From Asterias rubens (lineage: Eukaryota), in contig NC_047068.1 of the NCBI RefSeq assembly GCF_902459465.1, positions 14,632,001 through 14,696,000 of the forward strand: DNA of 64,000 nt. Reading direction: 5' to 3'. Shown here piece after piece: positions 12,794 to 26,100 of this stretch; within the stretch, counting starts at the first letter, position 1, and every line of letters starts with the position of its first letter. Both the position numbers and the translations under genes were made by a program. Under the pieces are notes generated by a model. That model searched no databases, had not been told where the DNA came from, and worked only from the letters and a program-made list of their open reading frames with translations.

Positions 12794-13143
12794 AGGGTTT
12801 AGGTTCAATTTTTTTTCATTTTTGGCACAATTTAAACACAGATTTACATTAAACTACAGTTTGAAGATAATGCTTGTAGAAAGCTTCCCTGAAAAAAATA
12901 ACTTGCTGAAGCGATGTAGTTTATTTTTCTACCATATGGTACGTTTTACATGCCAGACCATAAAACTGAGACCTTTTTTTGGGCGTGTTTTGTTTTACTC
13001 ATTTCCCAAAAACTACAGCACCTCTAATGTAAGCAAGTAATATTTTAAGGGAAGCTTTCTACTATCATTATCTTCAAACCGTGAAAGTTTAATGTAAATC
13101 TGTGGACATTGTGTTTTGTGTCCTACAAAAAGTACACAACCCT
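12794..13143. mobile_element. TTAA-flanked MITE family B
   Basis: TTAA|AGGGTT...AACCCT|TTAA. The right end (ACTATCAT...CCGTG.AAGTTT.ATGTAAATCTGTG) is shared with 51602-51965. Confidence 0.6.
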
Positions 13144-14366
13144 TTAAAGTGACGTGTGTTTTTTGCTGGTTTCATAAACAACACCATGGAGGAAAAGTTC
13201 CTCCATAACAACACCACTTCGTGAACAACAACAAACAAACCCCAAATCGGTTGCGGCATTTCTCCTGATGTAAACAACATGTAATTTAACACCATTTTCA
13301 CAATACGTTTGTTGTTGTTTAACACCTTTAACCTTCTTGTCATGACAAATACCAGGGGGGTAAATGACTCTTTCTGTAATTATATGTTTGCACATCTTGG
13401 CAGTCGTTTTCGGTTTTCCACTCGTGCCAATAAGTTAAAATGCAGTAATAGTTAATTTGTTCAAGGCCGATCGTTAAGATATATTTACTTACAAATTAGA
13501 ACCTCAGTAGTCCATTTTAAGTATTGTTGATAGTGGTAGGCCCGTATATTTTATATTTCAGATAGTCAAATGACTTTATATTTTTGCTTCTTAAAGGTGT
13601 TTCCCCCCATCTACCTTAACTTAAAAAGTAGTTTTATAGCTTCGTTCACCGAAGGACCTGCTGCTCCTCCAGTCTATGACAAAAACAATGGTGCAACGAG
13701 AAGCCCAAAAGAAGGACGATTTCTTGAACTGCGAACTCGTAACCTCAAATCCGTACTTTCCCAGCACTTCCAAAAAAAACTTGTTGTTAGTTACGAACAC
13801 ACATCCGGAAAACAACATCTCAAACTAGCGTTCCATTGTCCTTATTTGCAGAATATTTGTTCTATTTTTTTGTTACCAAACACTATCTGCATTTCGTAGC
13901 GTCACAGTATCTATCTGGTATGTGATTATTTGTTTTTATCTGAGCTGGATGTTTTGGGGTTTCACGTGGTACTATTATTTTCCAAACACTTCTGTGTGTG
14001 GTATTCAGTTGAACTTTCATTCACACCAACCCACTTGTTATAAAGGATCCATTATTGTTTGGTAATTGAAACCCACTGTTTGTTTCAATCCAAGTTGAAG
14101 ATACCATCAAGCTCTAACCTGTGAAAATTTCACTTCAAAAGGTGGTAGCGTTTTTTAGATATTGCCGAAAACCCGGAATAATCCCTTATAAATACACAAT
14201 CTGAGAAGCGTTACTCTGTAACGCTTTCCAGATCCAAATCTCTGGATATCTTTTTACATTCAAAGTGTCGGCCTGAGACAAAGGTTTAGGTCAACACAAC
14301 GTTTAGGACTTGAAACGCTACGTGGACTTACACACACACCCACACAGTGTTTTCGCTGGAGTCTAA

Positions 14367-14754
14367 AGGCAGTGGACACTATTGGTAATTACTCAAAATA
14401 ATTATCAGCATAAAACCTCACTTGGTAATGAGTAATGGGGAGAGGTTGATTGTATGAAACATTGTGAGAAACGGCTCCCTCTGAAGTGACGTAGTTTTCG
14501 AGAAGAAAAAAGTGATTTTCCATGTATTTGAATTCGAGACCTCAAGTTTAGAATTTGAGGTCTAAAAAATTAAGCATCTGAAAGCACACAACTATACGTG
14601 TGACAGGGGTGTTTTTTTTCCTTTATTAATAACTCGCAACTTCGACAACCGATTGAGCTCAAAATTTCACAGGTTAGTTATTTTATGCATATGTTGAGAT
14701 ACACTGTAAGTGAGAAGAATGGTCTTTGACAATTACCAGTAGTGCCTAGTGTCT
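14367..14754 (+). mobile_element. MITE family A, full copy
   Basis: AGGCAGTGGACACTATTGGTAATTACTC start, same internal core as the other copies, ends ...GTGTCT|TTAA. Confidence 0.8.
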
Positions 14755-14970
14755 TTAAAAGTGCACATAACAGAACCAAGGAATATGTCCAGCGAGTGTA
14801 TAAGATATAGACACTATAGATGAATTGATTGTGTTTACCACACATTGCCTAGATAGTTGCTTGTTGTTATCTGTTGCTTGTTATTCCCTCGAAGTGTTTG
14901 TCCTGAATACCTTGCTCTATTTAGAGACAGATATGGCAGGAGTTTGTGTAACCAAACGTGATGAGTTTAA

Positions 14971-15337
14971 AGGAACTGGACAGTATGGGTAATTACTCAA
15001 AATATTGTTAGCATAAAAACTTACTTGGTTACGATCCTCTCTCTATGGTAACGAGTAATATAGAGCTGTTGATTAGATAAGACATTGTGAGAAACGCGGG
15101 CTCCTTATTAAGTAACGTAGGTCTCAATCGAATACTTCGGGTAGAAGGGTTTGAAGCCCTTTTTAGGCACCTGAAAGCACACACTTGTGAAACAATGTTT
15201 TTTTCGTTTTCATTGTTCTCTTGCAACTTCGATGACGAGTCCATTCGTTCACAGAATTTTATGCACAAAATGTTGGGATATACTGGGATAAAGTGAGATT
15301 ACTGATCTTTGACGATTACCAAAGGTGTCAAAGACCT
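14971..15337 (+). mobile_element. MITE family A, diverged full copy
   Basis: TTAA|AGGAACTGGACAG...GTGTCAAAGACCT|TTAA with the conserved internal core. Confidence 0.7.
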
Positions 15338-16858
15338 TTAATGTGAGAAACTATCTGAGGAATTGGTGACATATCGAATGATGGAATGACCAAGTCCTGT
15401 GAGTTGAAATAATCTGAATAAAGTTCAAGTAAATCCTAAATTCGGCGACTCGTATATATACAGACATTTATTTGGGATATATTTTTAGTACTAATTTGTT
15501 ATCTAAACAAGTTATTGTTACTCTTTATTTTCAGAACCTATAAAGATTTGCCCAAGATTTTCCTCATTGTCGATATAGGCAGCAGCAACGTCACGGTTCC
15601 TGGCATCTGACAAGTCATCTTTTAAGGATTGATGCATTCCAGGTAAGCCCAACATCATGGTTTAAAGAGCTAGAAGTTAAGAATTTATACGGAAAGACTC
15701 GCATCCTTTCTGACCAAGGGTCGTAAAAGGTTTTGGTTCTCCTTGGTGTGCACGAGGACAGAATTTTGGGGATGGCGTGCCTCCACTTTAAGTGAGGTAT
15801 GGGGTTAGTTGTGAACCACTGCAATCCTCTATCTTAACAATTGGTCACAACAACTATTTCAGATGTTTTATGGGATGGGTGAAGTTGCCATTCCCCCTAC
15901 CTTTCCCCCTCCTACTCACCCAACCGTCCAGCCCAAACCAAATTCGATACGTTAAAGTAGTGTTACTACTCTCTTCATGAAAAAGAGTGGGAAAAACTCG
16001 TTTTGTCAGCCATACCGCTCTTGCAAAGAGCCATATGACGGACAACTGTTTTAAGAGTGAAAGACGGGTACTTTCAACTCGATTTAGAGTGATACTTCGT
16101 TCCAATTTCACCCCAAAATGAGTGACACAGATTAACTTTCACTCTCAAAAGAGCGAAAATGACACCACTCGGACAAGAGAGTGAAATGTTTCATTCTTTT
16201 TTAAGATAGTAAACGTTTGGTATTCCCAACGTATCTGAAGTATCTGTATTCCATAGCCAAAACATGGTAAAAACCTATAAAATAAAACCCCATGTTGCTC
16301 CCCCAGCTTAACATACCAGATAAGCCGGGGACACACTCAAACGGCCAATCAATCACACAACCAAGTGTCAATAATTGACAAAGTGTAAAAGGTGTTTGTT
16401 GGGATCCCACATCTGAAGCACCCATCAATTGCGGTTTAAAAGGGTCAACGAATTCAATCAGTGGGGTTTAGGGTCCACGTGGTTTTTGCAAAGCTCGGAT
16501 GTTCCTTTATATTATGATACGCAACATCTCTGCGTGATACCCTCCTTTGGCAAGATTAAAAACACACAGTGTTGAGAGGGGAAAAAATGGCCTTGTGATA
16601 TCCCGGCTCAATCCGGAACCATCATAACATTCCACGCATGTTTCACGCAGAGGTATGAGCCGTCAGATAACAAATTCTGTCACATCAACTCAGCTTGACA
16701 TAAAAAGAATACCCTGGAAATCGTGTTGTATTATTGTGTTCGGTGGATCGAGCTCTGTTTAATCATGTTGATAAACAAAGATCGCAACCGGTTCCCATTG
16801 GGTAAAAGGGGTACAACGCCCATACGATCGTAAACGATAAACACAAGGAGCGAACGCG

Positions 16859-17035
16859 ATTGGACGAGCGGCTCGAGCCCCCATCACTGGCGCTGCTCTC
16901 TCATTGGCTGAGTGGCAAGGTCCGTGGTGCTGACGTCATCGTGAACTTTAGCATATAAACAGACCCAGAGGTTTACGAGATTTCAGAAAAACAACGTGCA
17001 CGCTGTGAGAACGAACTACCAAGTGAGGAAACCCG
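16859..17035 (+). promoter_or_regulatory. Putative promoter and non-coding first exon of anaphylatoxin-like gene 2
   Basis: ATTGG at 16859 and 16903, full CRE TGACGTCA at 16931-16938, TATAAA at 16954-16959. Donor GTGAGA at 17036 and acceptor TTTTAG at 17122 define an 87-nt UTR intron. Confidence 0.65.
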
Positions 17036-17161
17036 GTGAGAAATTCAGGGTCAGAATCGAGAAGTCTAGAATTTTAATACCAAAACAAATAGTCTCATAA
17101 GGATTTGCAGATTTTGTTTTAGGTTTCTTTGTGAAAGTTTTCGCGGTAAACGTTTATAGCA

Positions 17162-20100
17162 ATGACTAAACCATCGTACTTGATTGTGCTGTTCGTGGTT
17201 TGTACCACACTCAGAAGCTGCGTGGTGGCAGTCAGATTCAAGACATTGGCAGGTAAGACTTTAAAGACTTTTAAAGACTGTAAACATAGAGCTAGAACTA
17301 TAAGTAAGACACCATACAATAAAACTGAAATTGTTTGCTATTATCTGATGATAGCACAATAGATGTGTAGGATTAGAGTCAAATTATTATTAGCTAGAGC
17401 ATACGGTGGTTCTACTCTCATTGGTTTGGTTATATACCACGGAGGTAGGTTATACCATGGTTATACTGGTGAGTGAGTGTATATTTATGAATAGGTGTAT
17501 GATGAGCATGGGGGTGAACTGTGGTGTGTGTGAGTTAGCATAGTTTCTTATCTCTAGGGACTTGAATTCATAGCAACATGGGCATGATTTATCGGATTAT
17601 TATGTGACCCACATTTTGTGACTTCACTTAACTTCACATATAGTTTATCCTGGAAAATCTTATCTGTGTGATTAATTGGGATTGGTTAACTGTAATCTGG
17701 AGCCTGTGTTAGGGGTTGTTAGAAGGTCACTGGAGTGGTACGGTGGAAGGGATACCAGACCACTATTACCAGAGCATTAACATTTCCAAGAAGTATATGT
17801 AGGTAAAATTAATTATTCAATCAGTATCCTGTTGACTTTAACGGAAGTCACACCTACCTAGCCATAGGCCTATACGATTATTACTACCAATGATGATGTG
17901 TATGTCAAATTTAATGCCTACCGGTTGTGTCACTTATGAAGCACATGGCGAGTTCAATAAGCTATATATAGACCATGTAAACCTGTGACACCACAGAAAG
18001 GGACACAGAGCCTGGACTTCCTGCAGGCATATGTTGTACATAATCAGCCCACGGGAAGAAAACATTAAATCTAATAATTTATGGAAATTGCACTGTCCGA
18101 ATTTTGTATCGACTTTTGTATGAAGAAATTTAACACGTCTTAAAATTTGCTCAGTAGTTTTGTTCTTGAATTTATGTGGAAATTGTGATACCAAAATAAA
18201 ATTTCCCATTGACCAGTATTGATTATGTGTAGTATTATCTGCCAGAATGGCACTGGTACTAGCCTGGAATACACCACAAGTGAAAGTCACTTTCGTTTGT
18301 AAAAAAAAAAAATTAAAATGGTCCAAACAAATTCCGTATTTATTACACCACAGTGATGAACAAAGGTCAATGGCCTGTTGGTTTTAAATAGTTATTCGTA
18401 CACGGTAATTCCAGGATTCTCAGTAATGTTCAAAGCAAAACTTTTACCAACTGTTGCAGCTCCCTCACGAGCTACGCAACTGAAATAACCTTCAACTGTT
18501 GCGTCCCATCAAATTGCAATGACAGCCACAGTGGCCTGCCTGGTACATGAGTTTTGGATCCCATAGATGGGCCGTCCCTTTTGTAACATAAACTCTCAAT
18601 AAAAATTGGGACCGGTCCCTTTCTGTGCTTATATCAGTTGGGACCGGTCCCTTAGTTTGGAGCGGTCCCTTATAAATAGTTTGTACATTGGGACGACTCG
18701 TTAGTTTGTATGGAACAATAATACCCAATAATCTGGCATGATGAATATGTGTCCTTGTATTTTGAAGTAAAGGAAATTATACAATGGATTCAGATTTCAC
18801 AACGAAACACATCCTCACATGACGTTTCGTCATCATTGACGTATGTCGTTACCGATTGTGTATACCCCCAAAGTACATTGTTGTGGTTTGACTTTATGCA
18901 TGTCGTGACATTTAGGGTCATTAGTAGGGTGACGAAGTCTAATACAGCCAACAATGGGAAACCAAAACCACACCAAGAATTGATTTATCTCCACCTCGAT
19001 ATGATCTTTCAGTGTGGGTAGAAAGAAGTTCTCTCACCCTCACTTATCTTGACTAATATCCGCCAGGGTGTCACTTATTATCGAACAACACAAACTGGCT
19101 AATTCTGGATACCGACTTTCACTTCTTGAAAAATCAGGTATAATTTCTGACTTAACAAGAAGTGACAGCCAAGTTAAATGTGTTCTTAGTCTAGACTTCA
19201 TTAGCGACGTTCGTTTTAGTTACCAATATCGCAACACAAACTACTGTAGAAAAGATATATCACACAAACATGTGTATCGTTTTGATCCATATCCTTCGAC
19301 AAGTCCCTCCGAGCATCTCTGAGATGAGCCAGTCGGTCGTTGTGAGAAAATACACAACATTAGCATTGGCAATGAATTTAGCAATTTAGGACGCCGGGAA
19401 AATTACGTAAGAAACCGGAAATAGAAATATAAACGTGTGCAAACATGAGGTGTTGATTTATTTTTATGATGAATTTGCCTGAAGGTAATGGAAACAATAA
19501 ATTGTATTTCAGGGCTGTATGCTTCGTTTCAGAAAGGGTAAGGGCACCAAGGCATTTTCTCTTTTGCAAAGGGCACCCTATGAGGAAATGGTAAATTTCT
19601 ACTGGAGCATTTCAAGGGCACCAAGGCAATGGCAAGGGGCAACGGAGGCAATCGCCTCCGTTGCCTCCGTGAAGTATCAGGCCTGGTATTTATTATCGAT
19701 CATAAAACAGAAGCTTTGCAATACTTCAGCCCCTCCCCCCCCAAACAATAATTCAAGCAAAATGGATCGCAGCATCAAGTTTCAATGCTGGCATGGAGTG
19801 CGCCGGTAGTAAAGCAGCATGACCCGTCGGCTGTTTATGATATTATTCCCGCGCATAGTTTATTTACAGTTCGCATTTCTGCAATACTGCTTGGGTTTTG
19901 GCGGCAACTGTTGCGCACGAGTTGGCAAAGTTTATCGTACAAGCAGGTCGATACAGGTGGGTAATTTGTCTCTGACAATCAAAGATCACCCATATATCAA
20001 ATTTTGTAGATGTGTAAGAACAATGGATTTTTTGTGTCCCCCCCCCCCCATTTTGTATGTTCACACAAATTATCCTGGATGCGCAGTTTTGCTATTCAAC

Positions 20101-23100
20101 CAAACCTTCAGATGAAGCCCTACCCCCTCCACCCCCCCCCCCCCTAAAAAAAACCAAAACACCCTTATACCGATACGGAAAAAGGCTAGAAAGGCTGTTG
20201 CTGAAGAAACTCCCTGTGGGGCGCTTTAACAAAGAAACCCTGTGGTGCGGTAGCATTGTTAAGTACCCCACAAGCTGACGTGTGTGGGGGGGGGGGGGGC
20301 ACACCCATCAATCTTGCTCAGCAATCAAACCATGAACGAGGCAACCAAACTGGACTACTTTACACGTATAGTGTGAACACTATTTCACAATCACTGCGTG
20401 CTACCGGAAAACATTGATATCTACTACAATCAATACAGCCTTGACCATGCTGACTGGACATTTCCTTTATTTGTTTGTATTTAAATAAATAATTGTGAAT
20501 ACGGTTTTCCCATCACCATCAGGCCGTACACATTTTTTGAACTAGAGATACCGTGGCGTTTCCCGCTTCTTGTCCACATTAGCTGACCATTTTGTTCAAC
20601 CTCAACAATTGTCTATTTTATCTAAATAATAAACCACAAGGGAAACTGACTGGGTAAATTTGGGGCATCGGTGTAAAGGAAAAAAAAAAAAAAAAACAGT
20701 TTATAAAGAGTGGCGGGAATTTCAAACAGCAATTTTTGCCACGCTGGTGTACTTTAAAAAATAAAATTATAAAAGAGGACTTGAAACCGACCACAAACAT
20801 GCTATTATAGTTGATGCGTTGTACAACACAGGGTTATTACTAATGCTCGTTTTCGTCAGTGAGTCACAATTATTGCCCCAATATGCAGCAAAGATGATGA
20901 CCTGGATTGGTAGATGCCCGAAAGGGAGATTTTTATTTTTATGAAAGAGTGGAATTTCATGAAGTCAATTTTTCCCTGGTTTCCAATAGTAATTCATTCG
21001 TAGATGATTATTATAAACCTGTACATTTGTTAAACTGTATAGATAATAGTGTGACCATGGAAGTATAAATAGAAGTTTGACTGAATACAGCGATATCTTT
21101 TGGTTTTCATGGGTCTTCAAAATGCTAATGTTTTACCTTGGAGACCATCGCTGCAGATGGGTGTAGCGCTATGCGAGCATGCATATAATAATTTTCCCCA
21201 ACAATTACCCATACTGGATATTCATTGTTCTGTTGAACTTGATGTAGATACTTGGTTTGGTTGAATCTCTAGAAGAGTCAACCGGTATTTACTTGACATT
21301 ACCGGTGATCAAAACAGCTGTAGAAAAGGGTAACCTTTCGGAAGAGCAAAACAAGAATTACTAGAGAACAAATCGAAAGCATAGAGCCACCATAATACCT
21401 CAAATCAAAACACTATTGGTTCTCGCTCATAGACTTCTAACCATAAAAACAGCTGCTGTTGTCAGCTGGTCGTCGTGATGTCACCGTGTGACTTGACACC
21501 TCAAGTACCCTATGGGATCGTAAGGGCACCCCCAAGGCAGCAGAGCTGTTCCTCTCGGCAGCATCGAAAACTTGACTCAGAATCACAAGACCCGGGGAAA
21601 GAAGGAGAAGATGGTTGCATCATTGGTTTTCATTTCGATCCACGGCTGTGAACCTGGCCCGATGAGACCTTGTTTGTGACCGCAGCGTGGTGAGCCCAGG
21701 GGTACCCTGGCGCTCTGCTGGGACCGACCGATGAAAGGTCAAGTTCGAGACCTCGTGGCCGGCGCTCAACTCACGTCATCCGATGTGATTGATATCCCTT
21801 TTGTATTACGTTGTGGTTAACGAGAAGCTGTGAGGGATCGTGAATGTCACGAGAAAAGAAAATTATTAAAGGGACTAAGCAATGGATTTTCTGAAAAATA
21901 CATTTTCAAACATCTAAACTTACAGAAATATATTTTTTTACAAACTGGAAACTTTAATATTATTGTATTTCACATTTTTGTGTTTTAAGTTCGGTTGTTA
22001 CGCAGGCCCCGTGTAAAATGATTGGTCTAGTCCGCGTAAAATAACACAGAACATACTTATCAAGGGAGACAAAGATTATTCGATGTGGTCTATGCAAACA
22101 AACTTAATTATTTGGTAAATAAGAAAACTGTGTAAATGACGGTATATAAATTACAAACTTAACGAGGCCATTAGGGAAGTAATCTGAATTCCCGTTTCAG
22201 AAACTAAATTTAGTTCCGTTTGACTATGCTCCTCACATGTTTTCTCTACGTGGCCACGACTCGTAACACCTTGTCCAAATTGCGTTCCAAATTACGAACA
22301 AGCCGAAATATTCAAAACATCTGTAACTTGCGTCTTTTTAATTCTAAATTGCCAACAAACTCGACCGAAAAGATGTTTACTGAAGTTCGTTTCTGAATTT
22401 GAACATGTGTCTTGATTTTATTGACTCCAAATTATCTCGATCTGTCCCCGGTTTCTTGACCAAATGCTGAGCACATGTTCCAACAGCTGAGGAGATGCAA
22501 TTATGGTTGGAGAACATTCCTTCATACCGAGGTCGCGAACATGTCATGCCATCTTGCATTCTGTCACTCAGTCATGTGCAAAATCTGCTCAACCTTTCGG
22601 CTCTGTAATGGGTGGGGTCCCTGGTTTTGTAAGGAAGAGTGTATTATATAAAGCCAAGAATGCTCTAGAAAATGTTGAGTTGAAACATATGGATGTATTC
22701 GGCTTTGCTCTTTTTCGGTACCGCTCGCTATGGAGACCCAAGGACAAAACAAAAATGGAAAACATAAGGACTCTAACGAAGAATTCTCAAGACTAGGTTG
22801 CTCCCCAAAGATGTGTAATGTACATGGGAAGGTGTGAAGTGCAGGGATGAAGGAAAGAACAAAAGAATGCTTAATAAGGATGCATTTTTTAGAAAGTGTA
22901 GATACAAATATGAATACCGGTCACATATTTGTGTCTCTCCTAAAATGTGAGAATATTGTGACTTAATGAAAACTTTTTTTTCGATGGAGTTAACACTTCT
23001 AAAGAACACGTGCTTAGCAAATTGTGTAGAAAGAACACGTGCTTCGCAAATAGTGTGGATTTTTCTTTTCTGTGGTAGTTGTTTGTAATAATCCACGCTA

Positions 23101-26100
23101 TTGTCATACTGACCACCATCCATCAAGGATGCATCAATCTTATCATGCCTCCATGGTAAAATAAATTTACAAAGTACAAAATCATTCACACCGAACGATG
23201 CAGGTGTGATTATAATGAAGATCAAAGGAAACCGTATAAAATAAAACACCCTATTAAAAAATTACGGGTCAAGTAAAGTAAACAAAAGAGTCACTTAAAA
23301 TTCCTTCCATGTGTTATAATAATTCGGGTTTAAACAAAGCATAGAACAGATCATAAAAAAGGCAGGGTCAAACAGAAACAGTTTGCACTCCATTTTATTT
23401 GTTCTCCCTTCATTGTTATTTTTTATTTTTTTGTAGAAACTAGCGAGTCGTATCATGTCGTATCAACGTAAGGCATGCCCCTATCTATCGGTCAACAAGT
23501 TTTATTCCCGACAACCACAAAAACAACTTGATTAACTCCAGGCCCTAAATCTCTGCGGAATGATGTTATGGCAGAAACACATGTGTGCCGTTGGTAGAGA
23601 GGGTTGTTTGGCAACATGTTTGGCCTTGGTGTACCCCCAAGGTTAACTGGGACAGCTGTGGAGTTGAGGTTCCCTTGTCTTTCATCACCTTGCTGAGTGA
23701 TGGGCTCCTTAACCAAACGGTCCAGGGTCCACGATTCTAAAAGTGACACCAAGGCATGGAAGAAAGTATTACCCATAAATTTGCACCAAAGTGGTGGAGA
23801 TATTCTGTAGTCAATAAGAAAAGGTCCTTGACTCTTGTTTGTTCGGTTATTTGTCCCTGCACTTGTTAACCTGTTTCAAATGATCTTGATAAGTGGAATT
23901 CCACAAAACAGGAACCCAATTACTATCACTATCAGTGGAATTTTATCTTTTGAATGACAATGTTTATTGTCTTTGTGCAAACGCGGGGGAAAAAAAAGAA
24001 GTAATAATGACCATTGGCGCTCATTTTGTTTACAAAATAATGACCACCGGTTTGCGTTGGCAGCCTTGTGTAGCATAACAGTAAAAGCCTTGGCTGTCTT
24101 GGGTGTCAACCATTAAATTCATCAGTAATAAATGATAATAATGAAACAATTTATATTTGCTGTATTAAAGCTTCTCTTTTGCGATGAAGGCCACCGATTT
24201 GTTTGTTGGCAAAGCAAAACTTTCGGCTGTGACATTGCAAAAAAAAGTATATAACAACAAATGGCCAAATTAAACCGTTGTTGCAGTCAGCACAATTGTA
24301 TAGTATTATCTGGCACTGATTGGTATCTTGTTTTTGCTGTGCAAGATTTGTCAGTACTAACCACAGCTTTGGGGGAAAAGTTTATGAAAGGTTACCACAC
24401 AAAAATACATTTCTTGAGTTTTCTGGCAGAGCTGAAGAAATAAACATTCCTACATGAGCTTGATTTTTTGCGGTTATAGAGGGACAATCTTCTTAAAACA
24501 ATCTACATAGCTACATCATACTGTGTTACCACACACCAATTGATTTTCTCCTGTTCACACACAAACAGCTTGGCCGATATCAGGCAGATCGCATTCTCAA
24601 TTTAATCGAACTATAATCGAACACACTGGAATGTGCCAAACAACTCAAAACTCATTCTTGATAACACATATTTTACTTCATGGAAAAATAACAGCAACTG
24701 ATAACTAATCTGACTCGGTGATAACACCATTCCATGTTGTAAACAAAAAGCAGAAATATTGGCCAAACATATTCTTTATATCTCATTGATGAATAACCTT
24801 GAAACAAAAGGAAGGTGTAGTAGAGAGCTATGGAATTTGTTAACGTCATAAATGACTGAATTTCACTGGACTTACTAATGATTTTCCTACACAAAAGTCA
24901 GTACAAACACATTTAATGAATATAATTGCTATCATTATGTTGTGCTCAATCAAACATCCTTGGTTGAGTCACCTCTGTTGTCAAAGGTACATATGTAATT
25001 TTTCAAAAGATATGCACAGCAGCTAGGATAGGAACACCACAGAGGAAGTAAGTGTTCCTTCATTCATGGAATGGTATCACTAAGTGAAATTGATTTAACA
25101 CAAGTTGATTGCTTGTTAGTTATGGGTATTCCCACTCAGGGCCCATTAAAGTACAATATGTACATGTATATAGTATCAGTTTCCCCTGCCCCAAAGTATG
25201 CAGAGATAAGTTAATAGGATTGGATATGGTTTTATTTTGTCGATAGAATTAGAGAAGCTTAACTTCAAATGGTATGTTGTATCTTAAATCAAGTGATTAC
25301 AAAAATATATATTTGAGGAATAGATAGCTAGGCTAAGGTTTAAATACAAAGACATGATTGGAGGTTGTACAAAAAAAATTAGTTGGGTGGTTCATTCTGA
25401 AATCTTGCTGATAAAAGGTCATAATCCTGCAGAAATATTTCAATGTCTGAAATCAGGTCTGGGATATTTCAGCTTTGAGAGGGCAAGGCTGTTTTTATTT
25501 TGCATCATCATCATCATCATCAAGTCGAGCGCCATCATCAAGTCGAGCCTGCTCAGTGATTTTTATTTTGCATAATGAGGGCACTTGAAAAATCCTAAGT
25601 CTACGCGAAAAGTTTTGAGGGGCACCAAGGCCAAGACCAGGGCAACAGGCCATGTGAAATAATGTCTAAGTTGAGCAAATGACATGCTATCCCACAAATC
25701 AGTGATATCATTGTTGCTTGTTTTGATGGCAGCAATCAAAATAAGCCTGAAAGTGATTGTGCACAAAATTGTATTCATGTAATAAAACATGATTAATTTT
25801 TATAATATAAATCGGTTGGTTAGGGTTGGGAGATAGTTATATGAAATTGTTTAAAACCAGCAAAGTACCTTTCATTTTAACTGGGTTTGAAAAAAGATAG
25901 ATTTACTGGAGTGGAACTTGAACCAACGACTTTGGGATTAACATACACTTTTCTTTTATCCTCTCCAGAGTTGCTAGAATACCATGAACAGCAACAGAAT
26001 CCAGGCTCAGACGAGGAGCCAACTTCTACAGTTCACCCAGAACATGAAGGGTTGATGCTGGTCACTTCACAGCCGCCCACTCCACAGCTTCCAAGTGTCC

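Noticed and set aside
22377-23249. ORF cluster including a 158-aa minus ORF with a GPCR TM3-like stretch (CDRYSYLYLHF..NASLLSILL)
   Set aside because: No DRY-type motif after the helix, no other TM helices in register and no splice support; likely chance in AT-rich sequence.
23580-23670. Kringle-like PWCTPKVNWDSCGV in a plus frame
   Set aside because: Only two of six cysteines are in plausible positions, flanked by stops and without exon boundaries.
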